Positions 21,020-31,072 of a stretch of 64,000 nt of DNA are shown here, piece by piece. A program made the position numbers and the translations under genes. Position 1 is the first letter of the stretch. Each line of letters starts with the position of its first letter. Source of the DNA: Anaerolineales bacterium (lineage in GTDB: Bacteria; Chloroflexota; Anaerolineae; Anaerolineales; RBG-16-64-43); assembly GCA_049511715.1 (NCBI GenBank), contig JBEKXU010000007.1, positions 94,592-158,591 of the forward strand. Direction: 5' to 3'. The notes beneath the pieces were generated by a model, which worked only from the letters and a program-made list of their open reading frames with translations, did no database searches and was not told where the DNA came from.

Positions 21020-22801
21020 TCACACCGTCTCCTTGATGTGGAATTCCAGAATGTCGCCGACTTGGAAATCCTCAAAGCCCTTCAGGCCAACCCCGCATTC
21101 GAAACCCTGCCGAACCTCGCGGACATCATCCTTTTCATGCTTGAGGGAGGCCACCTCGCCTTCAAAGAGCTTGTTCGTTCCTCGCCATACGCGCACAAAG
21201 GCCGACCGGCGGAGCTCGCCCTCGCGAACCGAGCAGCCGGCGATCTTGCCGAGATGAGAGATGGCGAATACAGCCCGAACCTCGGCCCGGCCGATGGACA
21301 CCTCCCGGATTTCCGGACCCAGGAGGCCCTTGAGGGCTTTTTCGACGTCCTCCGTGAGGCGATAGATGACATCGTATCGGCGAATGGACACCCGCTCCGT
21401 CTCTGCTGCCCGTAAAGCGGCATGGTCTACGTTGACGTTGAAGCCGATCACGATCGCCTTGGAGGCGGAGGCCAACATCACATCATTCTCAGTGATGTTG
21501 CCCGTCTCCGCATAGAGAATGTTCACCTTCAGATCCGGAGTACCCAAGCCTTTCAGCGAGTTGATGATTGGCTCGAGGGACCCCTGGACATCGGCCTTGA
21601 GAATCAGGGTCAACTCATGCACTTCGCCGGCTTGGAACTTGGCAAAGACTTGTTCCAAGCTGATGGGCCTCTGGGTTTGCGCCTGCGTTCCCAGGGCCTC
21701 CGTTCTGCGGCTGGATACGATCGATCGAGCTTCCCGCTCGCTGGCCACAGTTCCGAACAGATCCCCCGCTTCGGGTAGGTCGCTCAACCCCAACACCGAA
21801 ACCGGGGTCGAAGGGCCTGCCTGCTCGATGGGCTGCCCTCTGAAATCGAACATGGCCCGGATCCGGCCGGAGACCCGCCCGGCTACCAGAAGGTCGCCTA
21901 CGTGGAGGGTGCCATTCTGAACCAGAAGGGTGGCCTCCGGACCTTTGGACTTGTCCAGTTGTGCCTCAATCACCGAGCCCACGACTCGCCCCTTCGGATT
22001 GGCTTGGATCTTGGTGGACTCGGCGGTCAGGACGATGGCTTCCAGCAGGTCATCGATTCCCTGGTTCTTCTTGGCGGAAACCGGAACCACCATGGTTTCG
22101 CCGCCCCATTCGTCGGGGGTCAGGCCCAGATCGGCAAGTTGCTGCTTGACGCGTTCCGGATTCGCATTTGGCTTGTCGATCTTATTTAGAGCTACGACGA
22201 TAGGTACCCCCGCCGCCTTGGCGTGAGCATAGGCCTCCCGGGTTTGGGGCATTACCCCGTCGTCTGCGGCCACCACCAGGATGGCAATGTCCGTCACCTG
22301 CGCCCCGCGGGCCCGCATGGCGGTAAAGGCCGCATGCCCGGGTGTATCCAGAAAAGTGATCGGGCGCCCCTTGTGTACGATTTGATAAGCGCCAATGTGC
22401 TGAGTAATTCCGCCTGCCTCGCCTTCGGCGACGTGCGTCTTGCGGACAGCATCCAGGAGCGAGGTCTTGCCGTGGTCTACATGACCCAGAATGGTAACAA
22501 CGGGTGGCCGGGAGGATAACTGGGCGGGATCTTCGTGCTCCACAGCCAGCCGCCAGGCGGGGGTTTGCTCCGGGCTGGGAGCCGTCTTTTCTTCTTTTTG
22601 CTCCAGATGGGCTTCGTAGCCCATTTCCTGAGTGATTACAGCGGCGGTATCAAAATCGATCTGCTGGTTGATGTTCGCCATCACCCCGTTGGCCATCAGC
22701 TGTTTGATAACATCAATGGGGCTGACTTTGATCAGTTCGGCCAAGTGACGAACTGTCAGGGAGCTCGGCAGCTCCACCACCTTGTGTCCGTTCTCGCCCA
22801 T
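21020..22801 (-). CDS. infB: Translation initiation factor IF-2 (short form)
   Basis: [36 protein letters not shown]. Confidence 0.98.
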   Translation of the reverse strand: MGENGHKVVELPSSLTVRHLAELIKVSPIDVIKQLMANGVMANINQQIDFDTAAVITQEMGYEAHLEQKEEKTAPSPEQTPAWRLAVEHEDPAQLSSRPPVVTILGHVDHGKTSLLDAVRKTHVAEGEAGGITQHIGAYQIVHKGRPITFLDTPGHAAFTAMRARGAQVTDIAILVVAADDGVMPQTREAYAHAKAAGVPIVVALNKIDKPNANPERVKQQLADLGLTPDEWGGETMVVPVSAKKNQGIDDLLEAIVLTAESTKIQANPKGRVVGSVIEAQLDKSKGPEATLLVQNGTLHVGDLLVAGRVSGRIRAMFDFRGQPIEQAGPSTPVSVLGLSDLPEAGDLFGTVASEREARSIVSSRRTEALGTQAQTQRPISLEQVFAKFQAGEVHELTLILKADVQGSLEPIINSLKGLGTPDLKVNILYAETGNITENDVMLASASKAIVIGFNVNVDHAALRAAETERVSIRRYDVIYRLTEDVEKALKGLLGPEIREVSIGRAEVRAVFAISHLGKIAGCSVREGELRRSAFVRVWRGTNKLFEGEVASLKHEKDDVREVRQGFECGVGLKGFEDFQVGDILEFHIKETV

Positions 22802-22907
22802 TCCACACCTCCCACCTGGAACTCAGGTACCTGGCCGTCGACTTTGAGCGAGGCGGACAGAGGGCTGTCATGCCGTCGCTTGGATCATTTCGGCCTCGAG
22901 GGGCAGT

Positions 22908-23276
22908 TCACGGGGAATGCCCCTCCTGCTTGCGGCATCCGCCCCGCCGGGCCATGCGTGCTGGAGCGGCGGGATTGGATTTGGAGACCGCTGGCCCGGG
23001 CAATCGCTCGATCCATGTCGCCAGCAGAACCCGGTCCGAGTCTGTCAGCTCGGTCCGCAACGCCTGCGCCAACGCGCCTTCTAGGGCTTGCTCCCAGCAA
23101 GCCCGCCGGTCGTGCAAGTAGGCCCCGCGGCCTTCGGCCTTGCCCGTCGGGTCGACGCGAAGGCCCTCCGGTGTGCGGACAATGCGGATTAGCTGGCGCT
23201 TGGCCAACACCGCACGGCACCCCACACACGTCCGCTGCGGAGTAGGACGAACCCGCGGCTCGCCCTTTCTGCTCAT
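22908..23276 (-). CDS. ylxR: YlxR/DUF448 (RnpM-family) protein
   Basis: PQRTCVGCR...LIRIVR...DPTGKAEGRGAYL; located between nusA and infB. Confidence 0.9.
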   Translation of the reverse strand: MSRKGEPRVRPTPQRTCVGCRAVLAKRQLIRIVRTPEGLRVDPTGKAEGRGAYLHDRRACWEQALEGALAQALRTELTDSDRVLLATWIERLPGPAVSKSNPAAPARMARRGGCRKQEGHSP

Positions 23277-23298
23277 CGCCCGTCGAATGGCAAGAACG

Positions 23299-25158
23299 CT
23301 AGGGTTCCTCGAGAATATCGGGCTCTTCCCATTCCCGCCCGCGATCGGCCTTGTGCTTCTTTCGGGCCACTGTCACGCCCAAAACCGGGTCGTATTCCAC
23401 CAAAACGGCCTTCTTCTTCTTTGCTTTCTTTTTGGAGGTCCCTTCCGCGGCTTCCTCTTCCTCTTCCTCAACTTCGATCGCCGCCGCCACTGGAACCCCT
23501 TCGGGGGCAAGTTCGGGAATCTCCTTTTCGGGGGCGGTCTCCGCTGAGGCGGGAACCCCACTGACGAGTTCGACTTCGGCCGGCGCTTCCGGAGAAACCA
23601 TCTTGGCGGCCTGCTCCTTTGCCTCGGCTTCGCGAGCCAGCGCTTCCGCCTGCTCCGCGCGCTTGGCGAGGATGGCCACTTGCACAGCTTCCTTCAACTC
23701 CTCCAGGGTCCGGGCCCCCATCTCCGGCAGAGCCAGGATAGGATCCGGGTCGAGGGTCAATTGTTCGAACAGCTGGCCCAAGGACTGATAACCTGCCTGG
23801 CCCAGACGTTGGGCCAACTCCTCAGGAATCCCTGCTTCGGCCAAGGGTGCCTGATACGCCAAGGGCGGAATGTTCTGGCGCACCTCGGCCAATCGCCTGG
23901 CTTGGGCCTTCCGGCGGCTGTCTCGAACTTGGGACAGGCTGGTTTCAATCGTCCGCACCAGCTGATCCATCGCCTGATAGTCTTCCGGGGGCAACGGACG
24001 TCCCTCGGCCTTCTTGCCCAATGCTTCTTGGACGCGCAGGATCAGAGCGGCCTCTCTTTCGGCCGTTTCCGCCATGGCGGGGTCGCTCGTTACTTTCTGA
24101 ATCGCGTCAGCAGTGGCCTCAGGAACGCTCTTGATATCAATCCGCCAGCCGGTGAGCTTGGCCGCCAAGCGAGCGTTGACGCCTTCACGTCCAATGGCCA
24201 AGCTGAGCTGATCTTCGGAGACAACCACCAAGGCCGTCTTGCCGCGAGTCGGATCATCATCCAGATAGACTCCTGACACGCGGGCCGGGCTGAGGGCCTT
24301 GGCGATAAACGCGGCCGGGTCGGGGTTCCATTCGATAACGTCGATCTTCTCGCCGTTAAGTTCCTTAACTATGGCCTGGATTCGGCCGCCGCGCATGCCC
24401 ACGCAGGCGCCGACTGGGTCGAGATTAGGCTGAAGCGCAGCCACCGCGACCTTGGAACGCATCCCGGGTTCTCTGGAAATGCCCTTGATCTCAACTAGGC
24501 CCTGAAAAATCTCCGGCACCTCCGCTTCGAGCAGCCTGCGCAGCATGTTGCGGTCGGCTCGCGAGAGCAGGATCTGCGGTCCCCGGGAGGTCTTGCTCAC
24601 GTCCATCAAATAGGCCCGTATTCGATCTCGCTGGCGATAGCGCTCGGTAGGCAACTGCTCCCGCTTGGGGAGAACAGCCTCCGCCCGGCCCAAGCTGACG
24701 GTGATCGCCTGGGCCCCAAGAGCCTGAATCGTGCCATGTACTATTTCGCCTTTGCGGGCGGACCATTCCTCATACTGCTTGTCCCGCTCCGCATCTCTCA
24801 ATCGTTGGTGGACAATTTGCTTGGCCGTCTGGGTGGCGATGCGACCGAAGTCCTCAGGGGTGCTGTCCACCATGACCAGAGCTCCCAGCTCCGCGTTGGG
24901 GTCCACCGCACGAGCGTTTTCCAGGGACACTTCCGTCCGCGCGTCCTGGACCTCGTCGACCACTTCCTTTTCTGCGAGGATTTGGATCGTGCCCTTGACC
25001 AAGTCGATGTTGGCAGCCACGGCCTGGGCACTGGATCCATTCACGGCCCTGCGATACGCATTGACCAGCGCAGTCTCCAGGACCTGGAGCACGACCTCCC
25101 GTGGCAATCCATAGTGCTCCAGCACCTCGTTGAAGGCCAGCAAGAACTCGCTTTTCAT
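23299..25158 (-). CDS. nusA: Transcription termination factor NusA with long C-terminal extension
   Basis: [12 protein letters not shown]1 and KH domains ([45 protein letters not shown]). Confidence 0.97.
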   Translation of the reverse strand: MKSEFLLAFNEVLEHYGLPREVVLQVLETALVNAYRRAVNGSSAQAVAANIDLVKGTIQILAEKEVVDEVQDARTEVSLENARAVDPNAELGALVMVDSTPEDFGRIATQTAKQIVHQRLRDAERDKQYEEWSARKGEIVHGTIQALGAQAITVSLGRAEAVLPKREQLPTERYRQRDRIRAYLMDVSKTSRGPQILLSRADRNMLRRLLEAEVPEIFQGLVEIKGISREPGMRSKVAVAALQPNLDPVGACVGMRGGRIQAIVKELNGEKIDVIEWNPDPAAFIAKALSPARVSGVYLDDDPTRGKTALVVVSEDQLSLAIGREGVNARLAAKLTGWRIDIKSVPEATADAIQKVTSDPAMAETAEREAALILRVQEALGKKAEGRPLPPEDYQAMDQLVRTIETSLSQVRDSRRKAQARRLAEVRQNIPPLAYQAPLAEAGIPEELAQRLGQAGYQSLGQLFEQLTLDPDPILALPEMGARTLEELKEAVQVAILAKRAEQAEALAREAEAKEQAAKMVSPEAPAEVELVSGVPASAETAPEKEIPELAPEGVPVAAAIEVEEEEEEAAEGTSKKKAKKKKAVLVEYDPVLGVTVARKKHKADRGREWEEPDILEEP

Positions 25159-25206
25159 GCCCTTAGCTCTTTCTCCATTCGGGCGTGAGCTGCCCGTCTA
25201 ATACGC

Positions 25207-25233
25207 AGAAAAGTGGGGGTCACCCACTTTTCT
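25207..25233 (-). promoter_or_regulatory. rimP/nusA-leader-like hairpin (attenuator)
   Basis: Perfect 11-bp stem AGAAAAGTGGG / CCCACTTTTCT between the promoter and the nusA start; resembles the known rimP-leader AGTGGG..CCCACT motif. Confidence 0.7.
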
Positions 25234-25269
25234 CAACAAACGCCGTCGCTCACTCACTACCTAAGGAAT

Positions 25270-25298
25270 ATTCTAGCATAATCGCTCATCTTATTCAA
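25270..25298 (-). promoter_or_regulatory. Sigma70 promoter of the nusA operon
   Basis: TTGAAT-17-TAGAAT with extended -10 TG. Confidence 0.65.
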
Positions 25299-25950
25299 GG
25301 CCACGGGTGGGTTCACGACAATAGGAGACAGATGGGCCTTGGGGGGGCCGCCCAGAGGCTGCAGGGCCTGAGAGGGGGGCGATCAGCAAACTCCAAATCC
25401 GCGGACGGCCGCCGTCGACCGGGGGAATGAGTCCCGAGCGTTGCCGCTCCCGGTGAGGCCCCGGACTTCGGGCCCTTCCCCGCTCTCGATGAGGTTGACG
25501 TGTAGGGCAGAGGCGAAGTCGGTCCAGTCGCTTCGAGCCGGACCAGGCCCGGAAGAGATTTCGAGCTCCGAGCCGGAGCGGGGGAGCCCAAGTCCCGGCG
25601 GGGTCTCTGGGATGTTCGAGGGATAGCGGCTTGGATGGCGTACTTCTCGCGGCAGAGCCAAACCGCCCTTTCCAGACTTGCAGGTGGCTGCATCCGGTCC
25701 TTCGCAGCAAGGGGGAAATGAACCTGGCGCAAGGGGCAGTTCCGCATCCAGACCTGCATCGAGCGGGGTCGCCAGTAGGGGTGCGGCTTGCTACAGCTCT
25801 TGAAGAACGCCGGCCACCTCCTAGGGCCTAGAGGGTGCCAAGCGGCACGGCCGCATCCCGGTGTGGCCAGCTTTGCAGGGCTCCCGTCGATCCGCCCCGG
25901 CAAACGACCGCTCCTGGCGGGCCTGGCCGAAAGCCTGCCTCCCCTGGATC

Positions 25951-26406
25951 TCACTTAGAGGGTGGCTGAGGCCGGCTCTCCTCACCCGGCTCAGTCTCAA
26001 TTCGGAAAGAAGTCTGGATCTCCGCGGTCTTGTCCAGCATCTGGGCGACCGAGCAGTATTTGTTTCGGGACAGGGAAATGGCTTGGGCTACCCCGTGCTG
26101 GGTTAGTCCCGTTCCCCGTACCACGTACTCCAGGTGGATGGAAGTGTACACACGGGGGGGATTCGCGGCCCGCATCCCCTCTACGCGGATCTCCAGGCCG
26201 GAAACAGCCTGGCGCTTCTTGGCAAGGATGTCGACCACGTCCGTTCCACTGCAACCGGCCAGACTGGCCAGCAGGAGTTCGACAGGCGACAGGGCGGCCT
26301 CCTCATGGGCCGAACCGAAACGGACAGTTGCCCCCTCTGGATTCGCAGCCTCAAACCCGTGACCGCCCTTCCACCGGACCGTCAGGGCACGTTTCTCCGC
26401 CGCCAT
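25951..26406 (-). CDS. OsmC-family protein
   Basis: SPVELLLASLAGCSG.DVV.IL.K.R and LS..KYCSV two-cysteine pattern. Confidence 0.9.
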   Translation of the reverse strand: MAAEKRALTVRWKGGHGFEAANPEGATVRFGSAHEEAALSPVELLLASLAGCSGTDVVDILAKKRQAVSGLEIRVEGMRAANPPRVYTSIHLEYVVRGTGLTQHGVAQAISLSRNKYCSVAQMLDKTAEIQTSFRIETEPGEESRPQPPSK

Positions 26407-26509
26407 GGGAAACCTCCTGCGGCAATCATACCATTCCCGCAAGGCCAACCGGCCCCCGCTCGCAGGTATAATCGGGAGGGTTGCGGAGCGGAGGTGGGGA
26501 CAACTACCA

Positions 26510-27274
26510 ATGAACCTGCAGAGTCCGGAATACACGGTTCAGCTCCCGGTTTTTGAAGGGCCCCTCGATCTACTGCTCCACTTGATCGAAAGATCGGAAC
26601 TGGACATCACCAGAGTGGCCCTGGCGCAGGTGACGGGGCAGTTCCTCGACTATCTGCACTCGATCCACGAGAAGCGGCTCGACGAAGTGGCCGCTTTCCT
26701 AGCGATCGCTGCCAAGCTGATCCAAATCAAGAGTGAGGCGCTTCTGCCCCAGCCGCCTGTTAGGGCACCCGGGGAGGAAGATCCTGGGGAAGCGCTCGCT
26801 CGGCAACTGCGCCTCTACCGGGAATTCAAGAAAGCGGCGGGATTTCTTGGTGCGCGTCAAGAGTCGGGCCTGCGAACCTATATTCGCTTGGCCGTCCCTG
26901 TGCGCCTTCCCCCTCGGCTGGATTTGAGTGGCCTGACACTCGAGGATCTGTTCCGGGCGGCTGCAATGGGCCTAAGTCGAAAGCCAGAGCTGCGGCCGCT
27001 GAGCATGGTTGTGAGCGCCCCCAGAGTCACCATTCGGGAACAGATCCGGCACATCGCCGAGTCGATCCGGCGGGATGGGAGGGCGTTTTTTCACCGCCTG
27101 GTGGGTGGTTTCCACACTCGAATGGAGGTGGTGGTGGCCTTCCTGGCGATGCTGGAATTGGTCAAGCGTCGGCAGGTGATCCTGCGGCAGTCGGACCTGT
27201 TTGGGGAAATCGAGCTGCTGCCCACAGAGACCTGGGACGACAACGCGGAGTTTGAACTCGAGTTCGGCGAATAG
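26510..27274 (+). CDS. scpA: Segregation and condensation protein A
   Basis: FEGPLDLLLHLI, IKS..LLP, FLAMLELVK...QSDLFGEI. Confidence 0.95.
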   Translation: MNLQSPEYTVQLPVFEGPLDLLLHLIERSELDITRVALAQVTGQFLDYLHSIHEKRLDEVAAFLAIAAKLIQIKSEALLPQPPVRAPGEEDPGEALARQLRLYREFKKAAGFLGARQESGLRTYIRLAVPVRLPPRLDLSGLTLEDLFRAAAMGLSRKPELRPLSMVVSAPRVTIREQIRHIAESIRRDGRAFFHRLVGGFHTRMEVVVAFLAMLELVKRRQVILRQSDLFGEIELLPTETWDDNAEFELEFGE

Positions 27275-27297
27275 GGAACTCCCGACAGAACACCCTG

Positions 27298-29061
27298 ATG
27301 GCTATCCATCTTCTTCCCCCGGAAGTGGCCTCTCGAATTGCGGCCGGAGAGGTTGTGGAACGACCCGCCTCCGTAGTCAAGGAATTGGTTGAGAACGCAC
27401 TGGATGCGGGGGCGCACAACATCTCGATCCAGGTCGAGGCCGGCGGAACCCGGCTCATCCGGGTTTCTGATGACGGTAGCGGGATCCCGCCGGAAGAGAT
27501 TCACCTGTCCTTGGAACGGCATGCCACGAGCAAACTCAGCACAGCCGAAGACCTGACCCGGATCGCTACACTCGGATTCCGGGGGGAGGCCCTGGCCTCG
27601 ATCGCAGCCGTATCGCGACTGACATTGATCAGTCGTCCTGCCTCGGAGGAGCGGGGGGCCTCGATCTCTGCAGAGGGTGGCCCCGCCACTCCCCCGAAGC
27701 TGACGGGGGCTCCTCCCGGGACCAGCGTGACAGTTGAGGACTTGTTCTTCTCAGTTCCCGCTCGACGGAAGTTCCTAAAAAGTGACCAAACGGAGCGGCG
27801 GCAGATCGACTTGCTCGTGAGCCGATACGCCTTGGCCTTCAGCGAGGTCCGATTTCGGCTGATTCAGGAGGGGCGCGAGGTTCTGCACACTAGTGGGGGC
27901 GGCAACCCGCAGGAGGCCTTGGCCGCCGTTTTTGGGTTGGACGCGGCCCGCAACATGATCGCCCTGCAGCCGTGGCCGGCCGCAAGCTTGGTCTCGGTTG
28001 AGGGATTCGTCAGCCCTCCCAGCTGGTCCCATTCGAATCGAAAGAACATCCTGTTGTTTGTCAATCGGCGCTGGATCCAGGACGGAGCGATCACCACCGC
28101 GGTCGTGCAGGCGTACCACACTCTGCTTATGGTGGGGCGTTTTCCGCTGGCGGCGCTCTTCCTGTCTCTGGCTCTCGAGGAAGTCGACGTTAACGTGCAT
28201 CCTGCCAAGAGCGAGGTTCGCTTCCGCAACCCGAACGCGGTCTTCACAGCCGTCCAAAAAGCCCTCCGTCAGAATCTGATTCAGTTTTCTCCTGTGCCGG
28301 GAGGGGTGGATATGGGCGCGGAGGTCCCGCGGGGCCGGGGGGGATACGGCTCACGGGTTGTGTCACCGGATTGGCACTTTCTGGAGGGGCCATCCGTTCT
28401 CTCCCGCCCAAAGGAAAACAGCCCTGCCGCCCCAGCTTTCGTTCCGGCCCCGCCGGGGCAAGTGGCTTCGGCGCTCGCCTCGGTTCCTGCCCTTCGCGTG
28501 CTGGGGCAGTTGGACGCAACCTATATCGTTGCCGAAGGACCGGACGCGCTCTACCTGATTGATCAGCACGCGGCGCATGAACGGGTCCTGTATGAGGAAA
28601 TGATGCGCCGACTGGAGGCCGAGGGAGAGGTCGCCCAATCCCTTCTAGAGCCGGCGCTGATTGAGCTTCCCGCGGCCAGCGCCCGGTTGATCCAGGAAGA
28701 AATCGACAGTTTGAAACGAATTGGTTTTGAAATCGAGGCTTTTGGGGAACAGACTTTTCGCCTCCGCGCCATTCCCTCCGCCCTTGGGCAGCTGGGAGCG
28801 CGAGAGGCGATTGAGACCGTACTCGAGGACCTAGAGGGGGAGGAAACCCCTCTCGCCCAAAGCCGGGAGGCCCAGTTGATTGCTCGCGTGTGCAAGAGGG
28901 CGGCCGTCAAAGGCGGGCACGTCCTTCCATTGGACGAGCAACAGGCCCTGCTGGAGAAACTCGAGAAGTGTGAATCGCCTCGGACGTGCCCTCATGGACG
29001 GCCCACAATGATTCGTCTGACACTCGACCTGCTCGAGCGGCAATTCGGAAGAAAAGGTTGA
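27298..29061 (+). CDS. mutL: DNA mismatch repair endonuclease MutL
   Basis: IAAGEVVERPASVVKELVEN, GFRGEALASI, DVNVHP.K, DQHAAHER, CPHGRP. Confidence 0.98.
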   Translation: MAIHLLPPEVASRIAAGEVVERPASVVKELVENALDAGAHNISIQVEAGGTRLIRVSDDGSGIPPEEIHLSLERHATSKLSTAEDLTRIATLGFRGEALASIAAVSRLTLISRPASEERGASISAEGGPATPPKLTGAPPGTSVTVEDLFFSVPARRKFLKSDQTERRQIDLLVSRYALAFSEVRFRLIQEGREVLHTSGGGNPQEALAAVFGLDAARNMIALQPWPAASLVSVEGFVSPPSWSHSNRKNILLFVNRRWIQDGAITTAVVQAYHTLLMVGRFPLAALFLSLALEEVDVNVHPAKSEVRFRNPNAVFTAVQKALRQNLIQFSPVPGGVDMGAEVPRGRGGYGSRVVSPDWHFLEGPSVLSRPKENSPAAPAFVPAPPGQVASALASVPALRVLGQLDATYIVAEGPDALYLIDQHAAHERVLYEEMMRRLEAEGEVAQSLLEPALIELPAASARLIQEEIDSLKRIGFEIEAFGEQTFRLRAIPSALGQLGAREAIETVLEDLEGEETPLAQSREAQLIARVCKRAAVKGGHVLPLDEQQALLEKLEKCESPRTCPHGRPTMIRLTLDLLERQFGRKG

Positions 29062-29255
29062 CCTTGCGGCGATTCCTCATCGCCCCGAGAACCCGTCCCT
29101 GGGAACGGGGCAGGACGTCGGCCAAAGGGTCGTGGCTGGGTGGGCCTGAGAAGGACTTCCCCGAGATGTCGGCCGCGCCCGAAAACGAGAATAGCCAAAA
29201 CTGAAGGGATCCGAGAATCCGGCTCGCCGCGGGCGGGAAAGAGGCGCTTGGTTAT

Positions 29256-29738
29256 CTAGTCGTGGGGTTTTTCCGCGGGGCGGCTGACCAGGCTGCGCTC
29301 GGCGTTGAGCTTGCTGATCCCGTTGCGAACTTGGTTCAGCAGGGTGGTCATCTCGGTTTCGATTTTTGAAAGCGATTCCAGAACATAGTCGTCGGCATCG
29401 CGGCGCAGGACGTCTGCCTCGGAACGTGCTTGGCCAATGATTTGCTCTGCTCGCGCCTGCGCCGCAACCGCTACCGCGTCTCGCTGGACCTGGGCTTCCA
29501 CTCTTTCTCGGGCGAGCTCCACAGTTCTCTGGGCCTCCTCCTGAGCCTGGGCCAGGAGCCGATCCCGCTGGGCGAGAATTTGCTGCGCTTTCTTCACCTC
29601 CTCGGGAATCGTCACCCTCAGTTGATCGATCAATTCGAGGAAGTGGTCCTCGTTGACGATGGATTCATTCGTCAGAGGGATGTGTCGGCTGTGATTGAAC
29701 AGCTCCTCCAACCGATCGACGAGGTGAAGGATGTCCAT
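29256..29738 (-). CDS. Conserved coiled-coil protein (DivIVA/ATP synthase subunit b-like), typical coaD neighbour
   Basis: MDILHLVDRLEEL...IDQLRVTIPEEVKKAQ...ADDYV..L; GGAGG RBS. Confidence 0.8.
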   Translation of the reverse strand: MDILHLVDRLEELFNHSRHIPLTNESIVNEDHFLELIDQLRVTIPEEVKKAQQILAQRDRLLAQAQEEAQRTVELARERVEAQVQRDAVAVAAQARAEQIIGQARSEADVLRRDADDYVLESLSKIETEMTTLLNQVRNGISKLNAERSLVSRPAEKPHD

Positions 29739-29852
29739 GCAAGCCTCCGGAGCCGCAAATGCGGCCAAGGCCGGGCAGCTGTCCCCTCAGACGGGTAGCC
29801 CCCCGACGCCGCCCAGCGCAGTGCGACACCACCTCTTGAGCGGTATCCCTCG

Positions 29853-29881
29853 AAGATACAATGGAACGTGCGGAACGTCAA
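29853..29881 (-). promoter_or_regulatory. Sigma70-type promoter for the coiled-coil gene
   Basis: TTGACG-17-TATCTT. Confidence 0.5.
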
Positions 29882-30544
29882 TACGGCGGCGACAGCCACG
29901 GCTGAACCTCCCACCAGCCGCTTGCGGAAAACCGGCGCCAGGCAACCGGAGTCGTGAACTCCAAGGCGAGTGGCTTGGCGCCTTGGGGGGGCGAGGAATC
30001 AGGAGGATCAAGGCATGGAACCGCAAAAGCGGACCAGGGACTCCGCGGGCAAAACGGCCGCAGGAATCGGGGCAGGCGGCCAATCCCCTGGGAAGTTCAT
30101 GCGGACCCCGTGCTGGCCTGTGCTAGGGCATGCTTCGGGAGCAGGTTTTCAGTTGGTGCAAGAGGTTGAGCAGCCTCAGATAGGAGCGCCCCGCCGCCGG
30201 TGGGCTTGCGTGCCTTGGGGGTCCGATCTGGGCCCAACCCCGATTAATCAGCGACGGATCGGCGCCATGTCCGCGGCAACCGCCGAGATGGGAAGCCCCT
30301 GAGACAGCTTCCCTGAGACTACCGGCGGCAGGGTCAAGGGACCAGCCGTCCTTTGATCCGGATCCTTCGGTACTCCCGCGACGTTCCGTCGGGTTGATCA
30401 GCGGATCCTTGGAAACCGGCTTGACGCGGCTCCGGACAGTCAAATTTGCTGGTGGAGCCGGGGCCTCTCCGGTGGCCTCGGAACGCTCAAGGTCGGCGTG
30501 GCAGAGCACGGAGGGGTGCGTCGGCGGATTCCCGGGTCAAATTC

Positions 30545-31072
30545 CTAGTCCCTGAGCGAGTCCATAGGGATCTCGTGCTGGCCATCCTGAGCCAGCTCCT
30601 TGTAGCGTCGCAACAAGGCTTCGCGGACGTGGGGCGGGACCATACTGCTCACATCCCCGCCCAAAGAGGCAATTTCCCGAACCGTGGAGGAGGAGAGGAA
30701 GGTGTGCTCCTCGCTGGTGATCAAGGCCACAACTTCAATGCCAGGTTTGAGGCGGTGATTGGCAAGGGCCATCCGGAATTCGTGTTCGAAGTCCGAGAAC
30801 ACGCGCAGGCCACGAACGATCACTTGGGCTTTGACCTCCTCGCAGAACTCGACGGTCAGCGAGCTGTAGCCCAAGACCCGGTAACGGCGGTCGCCCTCAA
30901 AGCACTTGCGCACCAGGCTCAGGCGCTCCTCGGGCGCAAAGAGCAGGCTCTTCAAAGGGCGATCATAAACCGCAATCACCACCTCATCGAACAACCGCGC
31001 GGCGCGCTGGGCGATGTCAATGTGCCCGTAGTGCACCGGATCAAACGTGCCGGGAAAGACGGCGCGGACCAT
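30545..31072 (-). CDS. coaD: Phosphopantetheine adenylyltransferase
   Basis: FPGTFDPVHYGHIDI, IVRGLR..SDFE.E, LSSSTVREIA. Confidence 0.97.
   Translation of the reverse strand: MVRAVFPGTFDPVHYGHIDIAQRAARLFDEVVIAVYDRPLKSLLFAPEERLSLVRKCFEGDRRYRVLGYSSLTVEFCEEVKAQVIVRGLRVFSDFEHEFRMALANHRLKPGIEVVALITSEEHTFLSSSTVREIASLGGDVSSMVPPHVREALLRRYKELAQDGQHEIPMDSLRD

Noticed and set aside
30015-30302. Plus-strand 95-aa ORF with AGGAGG upstream
   Set aside because: No recognisable domain, biased composition, and antisense to the surrounding operon. Not supportable without homologs.
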